A program made the position numbers and the translations under genes. Below are positions 59,215-64,000 of a DNA stretch of 64,000 bases, one piece after another. Position 1 is the first letter of the stretch. Each line of letters opens with the position of its first letter. The notes under the pieces were generated by a model. That model was given only the letters and a program-made list of their open reading frames with translations, ran no database searches and was not told the origin of the DNA. Source of the stretch: Chrysomallon squamiferum (lineage: Eukaryota > Animalia > Mollusca); contig CM022675.1 of the NCBI GenBank assembly GCA_012295275.1, positions 12,028,001 through 12,092,000 on the forward strand. Reading direction: 5' to 3'.

Positions 59215-59283
59215 TGTATATATTTATTTATAACCTATAATATGAGTATTTGGATTACAGATTGAAGGCAACATGACATCATT

Positions 59284-59530
59284 ATGACAGCACGGATTAC
59301 CCCAATTGACCAGATGGCTATTAGGTCAGAAGTTCCTGAAATGGAACAACTTGATAAACCAGTCGTTAAAGAACAAACAAAAGCAGATAGAGATGTTGGA
59401 ACGCCACTTGGACAGAGTGTAAGTGATCCAAACATTTTATTAGTATTAACAAATGCTATTTCTATAGTATTTTACAACTGTCAATGCTGCTTAAAAACAA
59501 ACAAAAACTACAACAAAAAAAACCCAACAG

Positions 59531-59561
<31 letters not shown>

Positions 59562-61116
59562 AAACCAATAAAAACCAAATAAAATGCTGAATAGTTATTG
59601 CATTAACTTCAGCATAGTTTCTTCCTTTATCTTAATGTCAGAATTATTCTTTCAACGATAATTTTATAATTAAGATTCTTACTGTCATAATTTAGTACAT
59701 CTTAAGCAATCAAATTTTTTGTTTGCTTGTTTCCTTATTGAAAAAATTAACATTTAACATATTTTAATATTAATGTTTATGTATGTCAGTTGATCTTTTT
59801 TTTTTTTTTGTGCAAGTTTGTATTCATATAATAATTAGTTAAATTTTACTCTTTGTAGAATGAAGACATAGCCTGGATCCGAAGCAACTTTAAAAAGAGA
59901 GAATGTGCTTGTTTTATCAAACAGCCAGAGTAAGTTGATGCTAAGATTTATTAATAATCATAAAAATAATTTAAAAAAAAATATATAAAGTAACAATAAA
60001 TAAAATAAAAAAATAAAAAAAACTCTCTTCTGGGATTTATTTTATATTAAGATTTAATATTTAAATTTAGATCAGTTATGACTTAATTCCTATCCTAGAT
60101 TTTCTTTCCTTTTATGATGAAGTAGAAACAAAGTATAAAAAGGTTACTTTATAAATTATGTTTAAGAAAATAACCCAAGTCAGCTATTAAACTTTTGTTC
60201 TAGAAAGATAAATTATTGATGCACCAGTACATATACAGAATATTGACCTTTTAACAAAGGCATTCTTTTTTGTAAAAATAAATAATTAACAAAATAGAAA
60301 ACCCTTCTTTAGTCCTTTTGACAGGGTATACTCAATAAAATCTTGATCGAATGGTATCTTATTATTCTGTGTCACATTACTCTAAGTATGAGGATAGGAG
60401 TGAAACATAGTAATAAAGGAGATAAAATTTTCATGGTGAAACTTTATTAAAAACATTTTTGATATTTATTGCACTATAACTGTGACTGGTTTTAAATGAC
60501 TGGCATTTTCTAAGTGTTTTTTTAACACTGAAACTATCAGATGCTTTTCAAATAACTCATTTATTTACAGTAATAATGATGCAGATCCACTATGTCAGTG
60601 TGGATATCCAAAATCTGGACATCAGGACAAATTTATAGTGAAGGAAGGTGCGATATGGAAAACAAATGAAAACACCAAAACATATCCAACAGACGCTTTT
60701 GGAGAAATTGAATTTTCTGGCTTAGGTGACAAAGTCTCAAAAGTAAGGGAAAATTTTTGTGTGATGGTGCATGTGCATATTTTTTTTTGTTTATGAGATT
60801 GTATATATGTTTGTTATTCACATACATATCTGTATCTATAATCAGTGTATCTTTATATGTATCTCTTACAAATCTATATCGATATCAGTGAATCTTCATA
60901 TGTATCTCATCTAGATATCTGTATCTGTATCTGTATCAGTGTACCTTTATGTGTATCTCACAAACATATTTGTATCTCTCTATAATCAATATATCTTTAT
61001 ATGTATCTCTCATATACATATCTGTATCAATGTATCTTTATATGTATATATCTTTGGGTCTCTAATATGTCTATAACTTTGTGCCTAAACATATAGATCC
61101 ACCTACACCTTTATAT

Positions 61117-61208
<92 letters not shown>

Positions 61209-61481
61209 ATTATATCGTTAAATTTCTGACAAAAAAACAACAACAACAACACTTAAATAATATCTTTTAATTAAAGACTCAGTCGAGAAGGACACGTTAT
61301 TTAACATTCGCACGTAGCATTAATCTTGTTCATGTTGTGTGTGTGTGTGTGTGTGTGTGTCTTTGTCTTTACATCTATTTGTTTCTCTACTTTTCTGTGT
61401 AATTTAATTATGTAAAAGGATTCAAATGACTTTATTTTATGCAATCTTGAGTCATTGACACACTCACGCATGCATGCGCAT

Positions 61482-61526
<45 letters not shown>

Positions 61527-62232
61527 AATACTGAGAGATGCACACACAATATGTTGTATACAAATTCAGACATGTTTGGGTATACACAAAACAATATTTT
61601 ATTCACAACCTAAAACATATAATTACATTTTTTTAATGAATATTTTACTACATTATTGATTCTATGTATATTTTTTTTCTTTAATTTAATTTTTTTTTAT
61701 TATCAGTACATTCGTGTAGATGTAGACACTGACGTTGAAAAGGTTGTAAAGCTGATGGTTGACAATTGGGGTCTTGTGAAACCTAACTTACTCATTTCTG
61801 TGACTGGTGGCGCTCAGACCTTTCACTTGAAAACTAGACTGAAAGATGCTTTCAAACGAGGTCTCATGAAAGCTGCCCTCAGCACAGGTAAGCTAATTTT
61901 TACCTGTGTTATTTTTAAACAGTCATTCAGACTCACATATCTCTGTCTATATCTGTGTATCTTCAAATGTGTCTGTCACATAATATCCCTCATTTAATAT
62001 CAAAACAGTTACTGATTCAAAGCAATTTTCTGTCTGAGTGCTGTGTGAAAGAAGGATACAACTGGCATCAGGCAAATTCATCTTCATATGTTTTACAGAA
62101 AAAAAACCTAAATTTAATCACTAATATAAACCAAAAGCATTATTAAGATTTAGGAATCTGTATACAGATAACTAAAAAAAAAAAAAAAGTAGAAACAGTT
62201 TCATCTTTCTACAATAAAAAAAATTATCTTCC

Positions 62233-62303
<71 letters not shown>

Positions 62304-64000
62304 AATAAAATAAAATAAATAAATAAATAAATATAACAAAAACAAAATGTGAAAACAAAAACAAACTAACAAGCCAGCCATCGAGAACTTCTTTGTAATT
62401 TCTTGGTTGTAAATTTTGGACAAATTTAAAAAACAAAAATACCTTATATTTCTAGAACTTCTTCTTATTAAATTTATAATAAATATTTAGAAATATTTGA
62501 CACTTCCAAAACTTCTTCTTAGACCCACATCTGCTTGTAAATTTTTTTTTAATAAATATTAAAAAATATCTGACACTTCCAGGAGCCTGGATAATTACTG
62601 GAGGAACAAACGCTGGAGTGATGAAACATGTAGGTGAAGCAGTTCGGGATTTCGGTCTGACTGCAAACAAACAGGGTCAAGTCATTGCCATTGGCATAGC
62701 ACCATGGGGTTGCATTGATAAAAGACAAGAACTTGTTGACACAAAAGTGAGTAAATATGTTCAGTTATTTTGCTTTATGCATGCTTCTCAAATGGAATAA
62801 ATTTGCAGAGAATCATGGAGCTGCTTTCAGAACAGAACAGAACTGAAGTAAATTCATATGTTATTTTCTTTCATGCATGGGCATCTTAAATGAAATCATA
62901 GCTTTGACAACAGAAGAGAACTCATAGATGTAAACATTCAATGGACTGCTCATTTTTGACAGCAGAAAAGAATAATTTTATATGAGTATTCTGATGGAGT
63001 ATATATATATGTCAGTGGTCTCCCCATCATTTGTGAAAGGGATGGTGGGAATCGGTGTAATTGGTGCAAGTAATACAAAGGGATGATACAGAAAATGTTC
63101 AGTGTATAACTACTTTGAACAATGTTCAAATTACTTGTTTGTTTAAAATACTCCTATAAATAATAGCAAGTTTATTTTATTTGCATTTAAATAAATTCAG
63201 AGTGTCTGTTTTATTTATTATACAAAAAGAAGTTCACAAAATAAAAGGGTGGCAGATACTGCTGCCATGGTGACGAATGGCAGGCGAACTTGTAAGCTGT
63301 GAAAAAAATTAATAAATGGAAGAAGAAACAATTTATATAAACACTGAGGAATGAATTGATCTTAATCACCGTCATATCTCAGTCGAAATCTTCACAAATA
63401 AAATAATTAATACCCGTTATCTACTTGATATGTTTTCTATAAAAGTGCAGTGTTTATGATTATTTTCCTAAAATATCTGATAATGCAATTTATGTTAAAA
63501 AAAAAGGGACACATATACATGCAAGCATAAATATCTGCATTCACACCCTCACATACTTATATTCTTGTTATATTTTTCAGGGAAAGTGGCCTGCCAGTTA
63601 CAAAATAACAAAGCAGGCAACCAAGAAAGAATGTTTTCTTGATCCTAACCACTCACATTTTATTTTGATTGACAATGGAACACAACATAAATTTGCTGTG
63701 GAAATTCCTTTCAGGCCAAACTGGAGAGTACAATAGCAAATATGAAAACTGATACAGGACAAGGTAAATATATTTTATATTCACTATGAAAGAAAATAAT
63801 AAACTTTAATCAATATTAGCAGGATAATCATAATCTGTGACCATAACTAGTTGCTAAGATTTTAAAGTAATCGTATTTGTAATATAACCCCTATTAGAGT
63901 GAGAGTCTTTTGCACAAACAATTTTGCTTGTATTACATTACCAATAATTTTATTAAGACTTCATTTACATGAATAATACAATTCCTCCCAGATGCTGTCA
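59284..64000 (+). pseudogene. Second TRPM2-like copy (exons 1-6 and start of exon 7), frameshifted in exon 6
   Basis: Exons 59284-59418, 59859-59929, 60571-60742, 61707-61887, 62583-62746, 63581-63763, 63992-end. Exon 6 is 183 nt versus 184 nt (TTCAGGCCAAA vs TTCCGGGCCAAA), giving TAG at 63734-63736. It could be intact if the indel is an assembly error. Confidence 0.75.

Larger units (their letters stand above)
55577..64000 (+). repeat. Segmental tandem duplication of 33922-34257 plus 36793-~44690
   Basis: Near-identical sequence starts at ATGCATCTTCGTTCTAG (55577 = 33922), jumps at 55923/55924 to 36794, then runs collinearly through SLC17-B exon 10, the intergenic region and TRPM exons 1-7. 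Confidence 0.95.

Overview
AT-rich, microsatellite-dense invertebrate genomic DNA; the SINE family and gene content suggest a mollusc/gastropod, which is inference. It holds (1) two complete 10-coding-exon SLC17 (sialin-like) MFS anion-transporter paralogues arranged head-to-head, on the minus strand at 1492-10390 (~661 aa) and the plus strand at 30657-37468 (~605 aa), with matching exon phases and GC-AG introns; (2) a TRPM2-like channel gene whose first 13 coding exons run from 40107 to a 200-N assembly gap; (3) after the gap, a frameshifted NUDT9-H-like terminal exon at 52112-52232; and (4) a tandem segmental duplication from 55577 to the window end, containing SLC17 fragments with a ~2.5-kb internal deletion and a second TRPM2-like copy. 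That copy is a mosaic: exon 3 differs at 19 of 57 residues, exons 5-6 are almost identical, and exon 6 has a frameshift. A 35-bp intronic minisatellite is built from 25 branch-point motifs. All exon structures and alignments were derived by hand and no database searches were run.
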